A stretch of DNA of 64,000 nucleotides from Takakia lepidozioides (Eukaryota > Plantae > Bryophyta): positions 23,498,001-23,562,000 of the forward strand of contig CM060734.1 in the NCBI GenBank assembly GCA_030704615.1, in the 5' to 3' direction. This document shows positions 13,701 through 26,224 of the stretch, piece by piece. The first letter of the stretch is position 1. Each line of letters begins with the position of its first letter. Position numbers and translations under genes: made by a program. The notes under the pieces were generated by a model. The model had not been told where the DNA came from. It worked only from the letters and a program-made list of their open reading frames with translations, and ran no database searches.

Positions 13701-14984
13701 TGGATCAAAATCGTTTATTATCCGACATGGTTATTACATTCCCGGCGAGTTTGAATCACCTTACAAGGGCTGCACAACTATTTTCTCCCGGACGGTCCTC
13801 TGCCTCGACTACGTATTTCGGGCAACAGATGAGGAGATGGTGAATCCGGACGATCACATTCAAACTGTTTTGTTAACGCCGGACCCAATTAATCCCGTTA
13901 TCCAATGATCAGATGTAGACCCGACCTCGCATGAGAAGGAGTGCAGGACTTACACTCATGAGCTGAGGGCGGACACCTACGATTACCCGGTCTTTTTTTT
14001 TTGCAGGGACGAAATGTCTTGTGTGAACATTTTCGGAGGACTGGCAATGACATACGTTCTGCTTGTAAGTGGATTCTGCATCTTGGAATTGTCTGTGTTT
14101 TCAGTTTGCCGGATCTAACTCTCGTGTTTTTTATGTTGTCGGAATAGCGTGTTTAACATGTGTCTGAATGTTTCCATTTTGTTAACCTCCACTGGGCAGT
14201 GGAGGTTCATGTTATTGGAGTTGTGGGTGTTTTGGGTGTTTGTTATTCGGGAGTTTGGTGCGTTTGCTAGTTGTCTCAAAAGAAAGCCTAACCCTTTCAA
14301 TCTTTCGATGGTTGGTGTTCATCGGATTTATTTTGATATCATTGTTTGGTTTCATTGCAGGAAAGAAATATTCGTGTGTTCGACATAAACTTTGTAACGA
14401 AAAAGAAATTTTGTAGAAGCGAGGTGGAGGCCTATTTCAAGACGCTCCAGATTGACAATCAGACTATCGTAGGAGACGGAGATGACGTAGACTCACTGCA
14501 GGATGACGAAGTGGACGAAGAAGATGATGACAAAGGACACGACAAGGATCAGGACGAGGAAATGGAGGAGAAACAAGAAGAGGACGGCGAGGAGGAGAAA
14601 AACGAAGATGAGAACATGGAAATCGTCAACGGAGACCTGGGGCAGATGCGGCTAATGTGGGAAAGTGAAAGAGAGGGCCAGGAAAAATACCGGTTGGATA
14701 ATCTAGGTAGTACTCCAAATACCCAAGAACGCCTTGTGCCAGAAGATGTACACAATCTGGACAGCTCTTCCTCCAGTTCCGATAACACCACAAATAAGAA
14801 TCCGGCTTCTCCAGGGGGACAAGAAGCGACATCAACAGAGTTAGTTGAAACCCTTGGTCAAGGCTTCAAACCTGTGGAAGGTGACGAGCCATTGATTATG
14901 TCACCGGATCCCATTAACAATCGTCGTGAGCTGGTGTCCCATAATGTCACACAGGAAGTGGTTCTGGATGTAGGTAACGAATGA
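10767..14984 (+). pseudogene. Spliced accessory gene of the Sola-like element: ParB/Srx-like domain, degenerate amino-MTase-like fold, acidic tail
   Basis: MELAPRDMVYRP..VYLIPV..FFVIGGQHTIIAAK (11520-11756) is ParB/Srx-like. GT-AG introns occur at about 11757-11885, 12138-12805 and 14064-14360. The C-terminal DISMVFVN...CRDEMSCVNIFGGLAMTYVLL/ERNIRVFD follows beta-class MTase motif order but is degenerate. Stops at 11259, 11559 and 13908. Confidence 0.6.
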
Positions 14985-15894
14985 CAATTAGTGAATTTTT
15001 ATTTGTACACACTTCTCAATACAATATGACAATATTGTAATTATACATAATCCCAATGTTTTTTCCATATCCGTTTTTCTGGACTTCCGAATAAAACATA
15101 TTTCCACCCGGACACATATTTCCGTTCGCACACCTTTGTGGACAACCACTGACCGATTTGGATAACTTTTCTTGTAGATCCAAGAATCCCAATCGGAGGA
15201 AATGACGCACACAAGAAAAGGCTCAAAGGAGACTCAAACGGTGAAGAGACACGTGGATTTGACAGTGAGGGCCAAGTCACCTAAGCCGGTTCCGCAAGTA
15301 ACCTCCACTGTCCAGTGGACGTTGCCATCTGCAGGGAATGAGTCGGAGAATCCTCCTACTCGCTGGGAGGGAGAAGAGACAGAGCAGCACAAGCACATAA
15401 TCCAACAACAGATCCCGATTCGGGTAAAACGTTGGCTTTATTCTTATTTCATATTATTGGTCTTTCAGTCTCATCTTCGGTATTACTCAATTCGGTAATT
15501 TTGTCGGATCAATTTGGACCATCATAATCCTCATCCGTGGGATTCTTTAATTTCCTGTAGATTCATGAAACGACGTCTGAGGAGATCAAACACACAAGGA
15601 CTGACTCCATCGACACTGAGACGGTGAAGAGAAGAGTGGATCGAACAATCACTGTCGCTCTATCTGAGCCGGTCATACAAGTTACCTCCACTGGACAGTC
15701 GAGGTTGCCATTTGGTGCCACAGAGAAGGACGATAACGTTTGCCGTAGAGATGAGAAAAAGGAAGAGCAGCCTGCCCAGGGATCTCAGCAGCCGCCCCAA
15801 AAAATGGTAATGATTTCAACTCCATTCTTCCGTTTGTCTACATTGGGATTTTCTTAAATTGAAATTAATAATGAACTCTTCTGTTATTCCACAG

Positions 15895-16704
15895 GACAAC
15901 ATGTATTACCCTCCAGTCGACTATTCCCTTTCTGTCAATCCAAACGATCTGCATTCCCTTCCTTGGGGACCGAACGGGTGTCGGCCAAGATACTACGTCC
16001 TGGTTCTGGACATCGGTTACCTTTGTGAGGTTTTCCTAAAGGATGGAAAGAAAACCCCTCCTGCCACCCAGCCTTGTATCTCCGCAGGGAAATTCCAGTT
16101 AGCTACGCGAAACGGTCTTGACGAATTCGTTAAGTGGGTCGTCAAAAAGTTTGCCGTTTGTTTTTGGAACACTGGACCTGAAATGAACGTCGAGACTATC
16201 GCCAAGGCTGTGTTCGGGAAGTACTATTCCAAGGTAAGAACTTACAGCAGTGAGAATTCCGTCATGCATAGATTGACATTCAACGAAAAATGGCCCAAAG
16301 CTCCCAAAAATCCCATCTACTTTAAACATCTTTACGACATTTTCGCTGAGGAAGACCCGACAGCTTACAAATCCAATACTCTCCTCATCGACACTGTAGA
16401 CAATATGTACAAGTCCTACTTGAACCCGTTAGGACATACCATCTTCCTTCCAAAATATAAGGCGCGCGTGGACCTTGACAGAGATAAATTTCTACTGGAA
16501 GAGCTCAAGCCTCACCTTAACATGTTCCGGTTATCGGGGATGGATGTCATGCCATTCAACGAGCTATATCCTTTTGGCGTTACGAAGGATTTCTTCGAGG
16601 ACGACCCAACGGTCAAATTTCTTAGAGACTTTGATTATATGTGGCAGAAGTTCCTTAGCAATCACGAGTTGCGTGCCGCTGCATTGGGACATAAAATATT
16701 TTAA
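15895..16704 (+). CDS. FCP1/SCP (NIF, HAD-fold) phosphatase-like domain 1, catalytic motif degenerate
   Basis: VLVLDIGYL, RNGLDEFVKWV, VCFWNTG, YFKHL, NTLLIDT, SYLNP. Confidence 0.75.
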   Translation, partial: DNMYYPPVDYSLSVNPNDLHSLPWGPNGCRPRYYVLVLDIGYLCEVFLKDGKKTPPATQPCISAGKFQLATRNGLDEFVKWVVKKFAVCFWNTGPEMNVETIAKAVFGKYYSKVRTYSSENSVMHRLTFNEKWPKAPKNPIYFKHLYDIFAEEDPTAYKSNTLLIDTVDNMYKSYLNPLGHTIFLPKYKARVDLDRDKFLLEELKPHLNMFRLSGMDVMPFNELYPFGVTKDFFEDDPTVKFLRDFDYMWQKFLSNHELRAAALGHKIF

Positions 16705-17387
16705 TTGAGTTTGGTAAACCTCGGCTGTCCAGTGGACGTTCTGGTTCACTTGCCTGGTTTCGATTTTTCCAATGCATTGTACTGTTCCCTTTTATCATCC
16801 TAAGTATGAATGACTCTCTGACAGATTGGAGCACCTGTTTCTCCTCATGCGCAAAGGTTGCGTTTGATTATTTTTGACGTGAATGGAGTCTTGTGCAAAA
16901 TCTTGAAGCACTAGAAGAGCTACAATGTCCCCCGGTTTTCAGAATCGGACTATAGAATTCCAGCTCTTGTCGGATTCCGACTTGTCTTTAGATGGGAGAA
17001 ATATCGCGAAGTGTGGACAAAGTTGCACAAACACTTCCGGTTAGGGATTTGGAGCTCTATGATATACAAGAACTTGCAGCCCATCCTCGATTTTTTGCTT
17101 CGTGGTCTACCTCAACCGGCCTTCGTTATGTCTCAAGAGGATTGTATTTCATGTCCTACTTCGGTTCACCCTCAATTCAAATCAGGATTGGACCCTCCTC
17201 ATTTGTTTTTGAAGCCACTGGTCAAGGTCTGGCAGAGTTTTGGTGGACAATATACCAAGAGTAACACTCTGCTCATTGACGACACCGCCATGAAGTGTGT
17301 GTTGAACCCGCCCGACTCATATCTTGTTCTCAAACCGTTCCAAACCGTGGAGATTGATGGTTGCTATCTTCTCAAGGTTCTTCAGAC

Positions 17388-17808
17388 TGTCATGGTTTTA
17401 GTCATGGTTATCTAGAATTACCTACTTCTAGTTAACTAGGACATTTTAGATATTTATATTTATATTTTGTGTGTTGGGACTTCATTTGGTCTCACATGCC
17501 AAGTGAGGTGTCGAGCCTCACTTGAGACATGGAGATAGGTTTTCCTCTTGTGAGTGTTGAGGAGGCTCATCTTCTTGTAGTTGAGCCTCCATGAGCTTCT
17601 CTCACCTCCATAGCTCTAGGTATTGAGAGGGAGTGTGTTGAGGGCTTTGTAGGGTGGATTCCTTTAGCAAAGGTGCCATTGGCTTGACTTAGTTTATGTG
17701 ATAGAGTGGATTTCACTTGGAAGGACTAGGGCTTGTTCTTCATGTGATTGCTTCATGCTTTGAGAGCTTTCATTGTCTTCTACTTCTCTCATTTCTCATC
17801 TCTTATCA
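17388..17808 (+). repeat. Terminal repeat A (421 bp)
   Basis: About 7 mismatches by eye versus 27903-28323. Confidence 0.95.
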
Positions 17809-19109
17809 CTACAAGAAGATCACCTTATGCTTGTGAGTGCGGAGTGTAAGGATTAGTTTTGCACTTATATTTTAAAGAGGTTGAGAGCTAGGAGAATTTA
17901 GCTCTTGTATCACAAGGCTTGCAAGGGGTTGCAAGGAAAGGTGCTTGAGTATTGCATGCACCAAGGAGTTGGAGAGCTTGAGAAGAAAGCTCTTGAGTTA
18001 CAAGATTTTGCAAGGATTGTAAGGAGGAAGTCTTGTGTATGTGGAAGCATGGATTCTAGGGTTTGAGAATCCTTTATATGCATTATGGAGTCGATGGTGT
18101 GCGCCATGGCTTGTGGAGAGCGACTAAAGGCTTGTTAGTGCTCATTTAGCTAGGGTTAAGCAAGTTCAAAGTGTGGATGTTGTGGAAGAGAAGCCAAGGA
18201 GCTATATATGCTTGGGCTTGAAGACAACAAGGGCAAGCACTTAGAGAGCACTAAGAAGCTCAAGAGGTTTTGAAAGGGAGCATGTGAAGAAATCTTCCAA
18301 TCAAGGTGGTGTGGAGCCAAGCTTAGGGTGCCATTGGAAGGGCTTGGAGAACATGTGGTGGGAAATCCTTGAAGGGAAATCATCATTCAATGTATGCATA
18401 GCTTCACCCTAACTATGTAATGTGACAAGAGGGGGAGGCAATACTTGACTATTCATGCTCTTGGTAGTGCGAGCTTTGTGGTGGATAGTTGACCAAGCAA
18501 GTGGTGCATGTGTGGAGCATGCTCGCTTGAGTTTGTAAGTTCAAGTTTGAGAAGGGGAGCTCTAGAACTAGCAAGAGGTGAAGGCCTTTGAGATCCATTT
18601 GTGTGTGAAGTGGAGAGGTGTTGATTCATGTTATGATGAAGGAGAGCAACACATAGGCCAAGAGGTCATGAAACATGCATTCAAATGACCACGGGGAGCA
18701 CATGGATGATGGATTGGTGCAAGACCCCAAATGAGCCATATGGCGTGAGAGTGGGATCCAAGGCGGATTGCTTGGGAGCATTATTGTAAGTGACAAGCAT
18801 TGCTCCTACACATTGAGATAATTTGTGTTGATTTGGAACAATTGTCAAGTGATGAGGAGACAAATGCATGATTGCTCGGCAATGGAGATATGGTAGTTTG
18901 CAATCAAATCCCAAGGACTAGAAGGGGGATTGATTTGGTGGACAATGACTTGCAAGTTGAGTTGGACCACTCTTGGTTGCACATTGGGGTGGAAGAGAGC
19001 AAGAAGATGCCTCTTATGACCACCTAGAGACCATATTTTTGCTTGAGTAGAAGCATAGAAGTCAAGGACTTGCATTCTAGCTCTTCATTACAAACCCTAG
19101 TAGTGTATG

Positions 19110-19452
19110 CTCAGACTATACCTCTGTTAGTATACCAAACATGAGCTTGTCCCTTTGACTATACCTCTGTTGAGGTATCACCATATGTGAACCCTAATGT
19201 GAGACTATACCTCTGTTAGTATACCAAACATGAGCTTGTCCATTTTACTATACCTCTATTGAGGTATCACCATATGCTTGTCCCTTTTACTATACCTCTG
19301 TTGAGGTATCACCATATGTGGACCCTAATCAGCTCAGACTATATCTTTGTTAGTATACCAAACAGAACCCTCATTTTCAAACTATACCTCTGTAAAGGTA
19401 TCATCAACATAAGGGACCCTAGCAACCTCAGACTATACCTCTGTTAAGGTAT
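19110..19452 (+). repeat. About 8 copies of a ~44-bp unit with ATACCTC-tgtt-GAGGTAT hairpin in the gypsy 5' leader
   Basis: ACTATACCTCTGTT-like core recurs at ~19115, 19158, 19204, 19247, 19288, 19339, 19381, 19433. Confidence 0.85.
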
Positions 19453-19489
19453 CAACAGTGAAAGGACTTAGTGAAATTTAAGGGCCTGA

Positions 19490-19620
19490 GGAGGATTGTT
19501 TGGAAGATATTTGAGGGCCCTTGGAGGAGTATTTGGAGGATCTTTGGGGTCCTTGGAGGAGTGTTTGGAGGATCTTTGGGGTCTTGGAGGACCCTTCGAG
19601 GAGCTTTGGTGGACAATGTT
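19490..19620 (+). repeat. ~30-bp purine-rich tandem repeat
   Basis: TTTGGAGGATCTTTGGGGTCCTTGGAGGAG-like units, 3-4 copies. Confidence 0.7.
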
Positions 19621-20267
19621 GAAGAGCTCTTGAATGATTGATTGAGGGATATTGAAGGATACTTGCCACGGCCATACAAGCGAGTGGATAGAGACAGGAG
19701 GGAGAGTGGTGGGATGAGAGCATTCTGGGGTTAGGAATTGCTTTAGTTTCTCTTCTCCATAGTCTTTCACCCTCTCTGTAGGCCAAAACCTTTCCGTAGG
19801 TGGAGGCAAGAGTCAGTCCGGGTTTGGGCTGGGGTGTCCTTGCAGGAGCGATACTATGGAGTGTTTTTGGTGTGGGGTAGTTGATGTCTTGATTTTCGTG
19901 TGTTTGGATCCCTTCCACACCTGCATGCTTGACTGTGCGCCATGTTAGCTTTGTGTGGGCGCTTGTTTTCATAGGAGGTTGGTCCGGATTTGATCACCGG
20001 CCAATCCTAGAGTATGTTGTCGGTGGTGAGGCTGGAGTGATGACCAGCAAGACCACCAGTGTTTCTTCTATGGTGAGGCTGGGTTGATGACCAGCAGACC
20101 ATAGGAGTGCTTGCGGTGGATGCAAGTGCAGGTACAGGTCTACGTTAGAAACCTATTATTCCTGTTGAACCAGTAGCCGCAACAGGTTCTTTACCCGGTT
20201 ACCTTGTAGAAAGTGGGGATTAGAGACAGGTTGACAACCGGTTGGGTTGTGAGTTTTCATCACGGAG

Positions 20268-22821
20268 GTGCCACCAGCTGCTGAAGGGAGTGCCGGTACA
20301 AGCACCAACGATACTAGTGGGCACACAAGACAAGGTGTGCGGTTTAGGCCACTTTCACCTTCAGTGTCTTCTGAGGAAGGTTCAGACTCGGAGTCAGGAG
20401 GATTCTCGCCGAGGGTGCAAGTCATTTCCGTGCCATTGTTGTGGGACACAATGGAGGAGATGTATGGAGCTACCAAGGGGCCACGTAGGTACTCTGGAGC
20501 TGTGGGCACCATCGAGCTTGATGACTTTATACAAGAGTTTGACAGTTGGTGTGATTTGCAGCAAATGCGCAATCCACAACTGTTTACGCCATTTATGGCG
20601 TGGAAGGGGCTATTCCAGCACCTTGAGGGGCCGCCCATGGATGATTACCATGAATTTAGGGGGGACATGCGGTGGAGATTGAGGAGTGGCGAGAGTATTG
20701 GTCACCTAACTATGTCTCAATCACTAGAGGCACAAGGGCAGCGGTGACACCAGCAGCTACACAAACATCTTCAACTATAAGCACTAGTAGTGGAACAAGT
20801 AGTGCCGGCACTTCTGCAGGTGGTACCAGTTCAAAAAGTGCTACTACTCCTCATGCCACAATTACAACACATGTGCCTAGATTCAACCCGGTGGTGGAGT
20901 TCTTCCAGGAGTTGTGGAGGAACTACCAAGGTGTACGGACAGAGAAGCTGCGAAGTTTGCAAGACTTCCAGCGCAAATCCAGTGAGAGCTTGCAAGAGGC
21001 CTACACTCGTATGAGGCGCTTGATAAGTGTGACCCAAGGGATTACTGAAGCTCAAGCAGTCCAGTTCTGGTAGGAATTTTGGACAAGGAGCTCAAGAGAA
21101 GGGTGCGGGATGCAACCCAAGCGGCCCAACCCACATTAGCGGATGTGTTTCTGCTGGCTGAGCGGATTGAGCTCAACATGGTGGAGGAGCGAGTTGTTAC
21201 CATTGGATTTGGCAAGGACATGCCTGCACGAGGTGCAACTGCGAGCCAACAGGTACAAGGGACTGCCCAACAGCGTGGTCAGGGGGGCAAGGTTGCCCAA
21301 CCCAAGTTCCATGGAGCTTACAGGGGACCTCAGGTGCAGAGGCCCGTGGCATCTTTTGCAGGCCAACAGCAACCAGGGGTGATATGTTGGACATGTGGAG
21401 GACCCCATGTCAAGAGAGATTGCCCAGAGAGTGGCAGAAGGCCGGCACAAGCACAGCCTGCACAGTTGCAGTGTGGGCATTGTGGCAAGTATGGGCATGG
21501 AGATGCCCAGTGTTATGACTTGCACCCTGAGTTGCGCCCAGGCCAGTTCCAAGGAAACAATGGTGGCCGGGGGCAAGGTGGACCAGCCCAGAGAGGACGA
21601 GGTGGTCGGGCACGAGGTGCAGGCCAAGGGCAAGCTCAACATGGCCAAGGACGCGGAGGTCAGGGTGTTGACCAAGACATGGCCAACCGGCTTCAGCAGC
21701 TAGAGCAGAGGCTCGCTGCCATGGCTACAGCTCAGGTGGTACCGGCTCCCAGGCGGGATGGTCCACCTCCTGCTCCTGAGGGAGGAGATATGGGAGGCAT
21801 GGGATTCATGTGCGGAGCAGCACTACCACTAGTGCAGGTGGAGTCTGCTGCAGCCGTGACTCGAGGAGCAGCACGAGTTCCTGAGCCACGAGGTGCAGAG
21901 GTGGAATTGGATCCACAGCGTGGGGAGGCAAGCCGTCAGGCGAGGCTTCCTCAGTCATTCACATTGGCGGAGACAGTGTCGACGCCATCCATGGCACCTA
22001 GTTCTCGCCCGACTGTTACCGAGGCGGAGGTTACTATGCCATTGGGGAGAGCTACACGTGCAGCACTGACACCTGCTACCAAGGCTAGTGCAGCCGGTGT
22101 GTTATTGGGGGCAGCCACCTCTGTGTGTCAAGCCCCACTGTTCTCGGCAACCATGATTGCGACGCCGGGGGTAAGACCAGCTGCAGTGTTCAGACTAGCA
22201 GCAACACTCTGCGAGAGTGGGGAGGTCACTTCATCTTCTGCGGAGTTACTGGAAGGTGTAGTGGCAGAGGGATCCTCGGATTTGAGGGTCAAGACTGCCA
22301 CGGCTGCGCCATGGCAAGCTGCAGCTGCCAGGTTGACGGAGCTGCCAGCTAGGCCAGCCTTTGAGCGCGCCATGGTGACACCTGGAGTTGTCTTGTTAGA
22401 CAACCAGGGAGGCATTTTCACTTTGAGTGGACCGACAGGCAAGAAGTACCGGCCACTGCGGGTCTTGTTGGACTCAGGAGCTCAGCCACTGATGTTGGGC
22501 AGAGCTGCTATTGCAGGTTTGGGCCTCATGGAGGCGGATATGGAGCCTTGTCCTTTCCAGATACAGACATCTCTGGGAGGATCAGAGCAGGCTCGGGGCA
22601 TGACACGGCGTGAGTTGGCCATTGGACTACAACCAGATCATCCTGTAGATGGCTCAGTGATGCGAGCCAAGGCCATTGTGACAGACGCGGTCTCTTACGA
22701 TGTCCTTGTTGGTGGGGCAGTGTTATATCCCATGGGCTTCACCCTGGACTTTTGGGAGGAGTCAGCATCCTACAGGCCTGGATGGCAGTCAGGGGATGGT
22801 GTCGTGCACAGCTCCCTGTGA
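20268..22821 (+). pseudogene. gag: gag (capsid-like, two zinc knuckles) and aspartic protease
   Basis: YSGAVGTIELDDFIQEF, FQRKSSESLQEAYTRM, CWTCGGPHVKRDC, CGHCGKYGHGDAQC, VLLDSGAQP, YDVLVG. A frameshift near 20670 and a stop at 21073. Confidence 0.9.
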
Positions 22822-23180
22822 CATTCATTGGGGGTATTGCGGCTGCCCAGCGGGGCAAGATGCCAACACTAGCCGCCTTTACAGCTGCAGTTAGTTGGCC
22901 TGGAGAGTTGCTGGAAGGCAATGCCCATGCAGAGGATGTGCCACCTCCAGCAGAGCAGGATGACATGCATGGTACGGCGGAGTTGCCTGCCATGGTTGCT
23001 CACACTCCATTATGGGGTACGAGCAAGGATTTGCAGCAGGCTGCTGATGGACGGGTACAACAAGCCTGGGTAGAGGCCTTCGTACCGTCAGGAGAAGAAG
23101 AGAGTGCGGTGATTGCACCAAGACCACCTCAGTTGTCGCCATTGGACACCACACCTCTTGTGTGGCAGTGCCCGGATGAA

Positions 23181-24140
23181 GGCATATGCCTTTTGGACTT
23201 GTTTGGCGGGATCAGCACTGGATTGGCTGCAGTACTGCAGGCAGGTGTACGAGTTTGACGTTACCTGTATGTGGAGAGGGATGAGACTGCACGACGCGTC
23301 TCACTGCGCCATGTTGCTCAGTTGGTACAGTAGTACCCTGATTTGTTGCCAGTGTCTGCAGTTCGTGGATACCAACAAGCCTTGCCAGCAGACATTTCGT
23401 TGTTGGGGCGCATGATTTGGAGCAGGTTGGCTCCATTGATCTGGTAGTGGCAGGTTGGCCCTGCCAAGGGCATTCATCAGCCGGGCATGGCAATGGATTG
23501 CGAGACTCGAGGACGGGTCTGTTTTGGGAGATGGTGCGGATTTTGCGCCACTTGCAGCTTCATCAAGCTGTATCTCCAGCATACATCTTGGAGAATGTGC
23601 CACTGATGGGTGATTCTCGGGCCAGGGTGATGGCCAGTGTGCATCAAGTCCGGTCGTGGCTTGGGTCAGCAGTGTTGCTGGATGCAGCTGCAGTGGGGTC
23701 ATGGGCTCATCGTCCACGGCTATGGTGGACTAACTTGATGCCACCCGCACTGCTCAAGCGTGCATTTGATGGGGTGCAGCGGCCAGCACACCTCACAGTG
23801 GATAGCATTTTGGACACAGGGAGGCAGTCTCAACGTGTGAGACACGATGACCGTTCGCCTTTGGCAGTGGTCAACAGGGTGGGTCAACCACGAGTAGCAT
23901 TACCTACACTGCTCAGCTTCCCAGGATCCCATGCTTTTCGGGATGGTGGACCTGGCCTCTTGTGGGATAGCCAGTTGCAACAATTAGTGGAGCCCAATGC
24001 TGACGAGCGCAAGCGGGCGATGGATTTTACCACAGGTACCAGGGCGGTGTCCATCTCTTTCTGAGGCATCACGTCGTCAGGTGTTGGGGCAAGCAATGGA
24101 TCTCAATTGCTTGACCTGGATTATCAGCTTGGCTATGGCT
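23181..24140 (+). pseudogene. DNMT3-like DNA (cytosine-5) methyltransferase domain inside the gypsy polyprotein
   Basis: Motif I LLDLFGGIS, II YLYVERD, IV DLVVAGWPCQGHS, V GLFWE, VI YILENVP, VIII AHRPRLWWTN, IX ERKRAMDF, X RRQVLGQAM. Stops and frameshifts are present. Confidence 0.93.
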
Positions 24141-24560
24141 GAGCAGCGCAGAGTACGGAGTACACTTCCCTTCATGGTCTCCCTGCCTACCGAGACGGTA
24201 TAGGCAGCGAGTGGGGGCGAGCAGGTGAGGACCACGAGGTGCAGGCCGCATCTATGGCACACGTGGGAGGTGCTCGAGGTTCAGAAGGAGTTGGCAGCCA
24301 AGGCGGCGGTGATGGATCAGGTTGGGGATTTTTCTCGGATTGAGGAGGTCCTCAAGGATGGGATGATGGGGTAGGATGAGACATTGTCACTGACAGAGGA
24401 GGCAGTGGTCACTGCTCAAGAGGTTGCAGCATAGCAACCACGGGACGCGTCTTCTACCTCTAAGCCTGCTGGACTCAAGGTTGCAGTCACGGAGGACAAC
24501 TGTGAGCCTGATGTTGGACCTATAGTCACCGGAGGAGAGAGACGACGTATACGGCGGTTC

Positions 24561-25911
24561 TTGAGGGCTTACAGGAACTACTTTGCCTTCAGTTTGAAGG
24601 ACTTAGGAGCACTGAAGGGTCAAGAGATTCGCATTGAATTGGCTACTGACACGCCAATCTTTCGGAGACCCTATAGATACAGTGACATGGAGAGGTCCTT
24701 GATTCAGATGAGAACTCAGGACCTTTGGGAGGCTGGTTTGGTGGAGCTATCTGGGGAGAGTATGCTTCAACCACAGTGATGCCAGCCAAGAAGGATGTCT
24801 TTGGCAATTGGACGGAGAGACGTATGTGCGGTGATTACCGGCCTGTAAATCGTCAGAAGTCCGATAGGTATGCCATGCCAACACCAGAGGAGATCTTTGA
24901 TGCCATTGGGCATGCCAAGGTCTTTAGCACGTTGGATTTACGATCCGATATCACCAGTTGCCGATCAAGGAGGCGGATAAGCAAAAGACGGCATTTTGGG
25001 GGATCAATGAGCACGGGAAGGATTGCCTATACCAGTGGCGGTTCTTACCATTTGGGCTTAAGAACGCTCCGGCAGAGTTTCAGAGAGTCATGGACAGGAT
25101 TCTAGCAGGGGTGGAGTTTGCTCGGTGCTACATAGATGACATCATCATCTTTATAGCTACGGTGGAAGAGCGTGAAAGACACCTTCAGGGGATATTTGAG
25201 CGCTTGAGGGCGCACGGATTGAAGTTACATCCAAAGTGCAAGTTTTTCCACAACCAGATTGAGTATCTGGGTCACATGATATATCCTGGAGGATTGGGGG
25301 TACAGCAGACTAAGGTAGAGTCCATTGCACAGGTTCCACGCCCCACGGATGTGAGCCGAGTTCGAGCTTTCATGGGGTTAGCAAACTATTATAGACGGTT
25401 TGTTAAGAGATTTAGTGCCATTGCAAAGGCTCTAACCAAGCTGACCAAAGTGGACCAGGAGTGGCAGTGGGAAGATGAGCAAGAACAAGCTTTTCAAGAG
25501 CTCAAGGCGAGGTTGACCTCGGTGCCCATCTTGAGACGACCTATCAGGGGGCGTCTTTTTCAGCTGCATACAGATTGGAGCATGCTGGGGCTTGGAGCGG
25601 TGCTCACACAGGTGGATGATGAGGGAAGAGAGTTCGTAGTGGCTTATGCTAGCCGCTCGAACAACGTTGCAGAGTCTAAGTATAGCTCATATGAGGGAGA
25701 ATGCTTAGCTGCAGTGTGGGCCGTGGCACACTTCAGGTGCTATCTATATGGCAATCTCTTCACCCTTGTCACGGATCACCAACCACTCAAGTGGTTGATG
25801 GAGTCAGACAAGCTTACGGAGAAGCTTGCACGGTGGGCACTCATCCTTCAAGAGTATGACTTTCAGGTGGTGCATCGACCGGTTTGGTCAATCGCAATGC
25901 AGATGGGTTGA
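24561..25911 (+). pseudogene. pol: Reverse transcriptase and RNase H
   Basis: RMCGDYRPVN, FSTLDL, LPFGLKNAP, YIDDII, LHTDWS, YEGECLA, TDHQPLKWL; frameshifted. Confidence 0.95.
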
Positions 25912-26224
25912 GTCGCAATCCATGCACGAGCCAGCAGGATGACACTGGAGCTCGGTGGCATGGTGAGACGGACGAGGAGATGGTGCCCGGATGGCATGCA
26001 TCTACATTTCTGTGTATCTTGGCAGCGGAAGGCCAGGTTGGACCTGCAACAGGGATGACTGTAGATCAAGTGTCTGAGGACCCTGAGGCCAGCAATGAGC
26101 AAGGTGGCGCCAAAGATATACATGAGGATTCAGTTGTGTTGGACTACCTCCGCACTGGAGACACTGCAGCCATTGTGACTGCCAAGGAGAGGGATCGGAT
26201 CCTACAACGAGCCAAGAGGTTCAA

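Noticed and set aside
17809-20267. tRNA primer-binding site and antisense ORFs (19468-19972) in gypsy-1
   Set aside because: No TGG-initiated tRNA complement follows repeat A; the ORFs run through tandem repeats and show no recognisable domain
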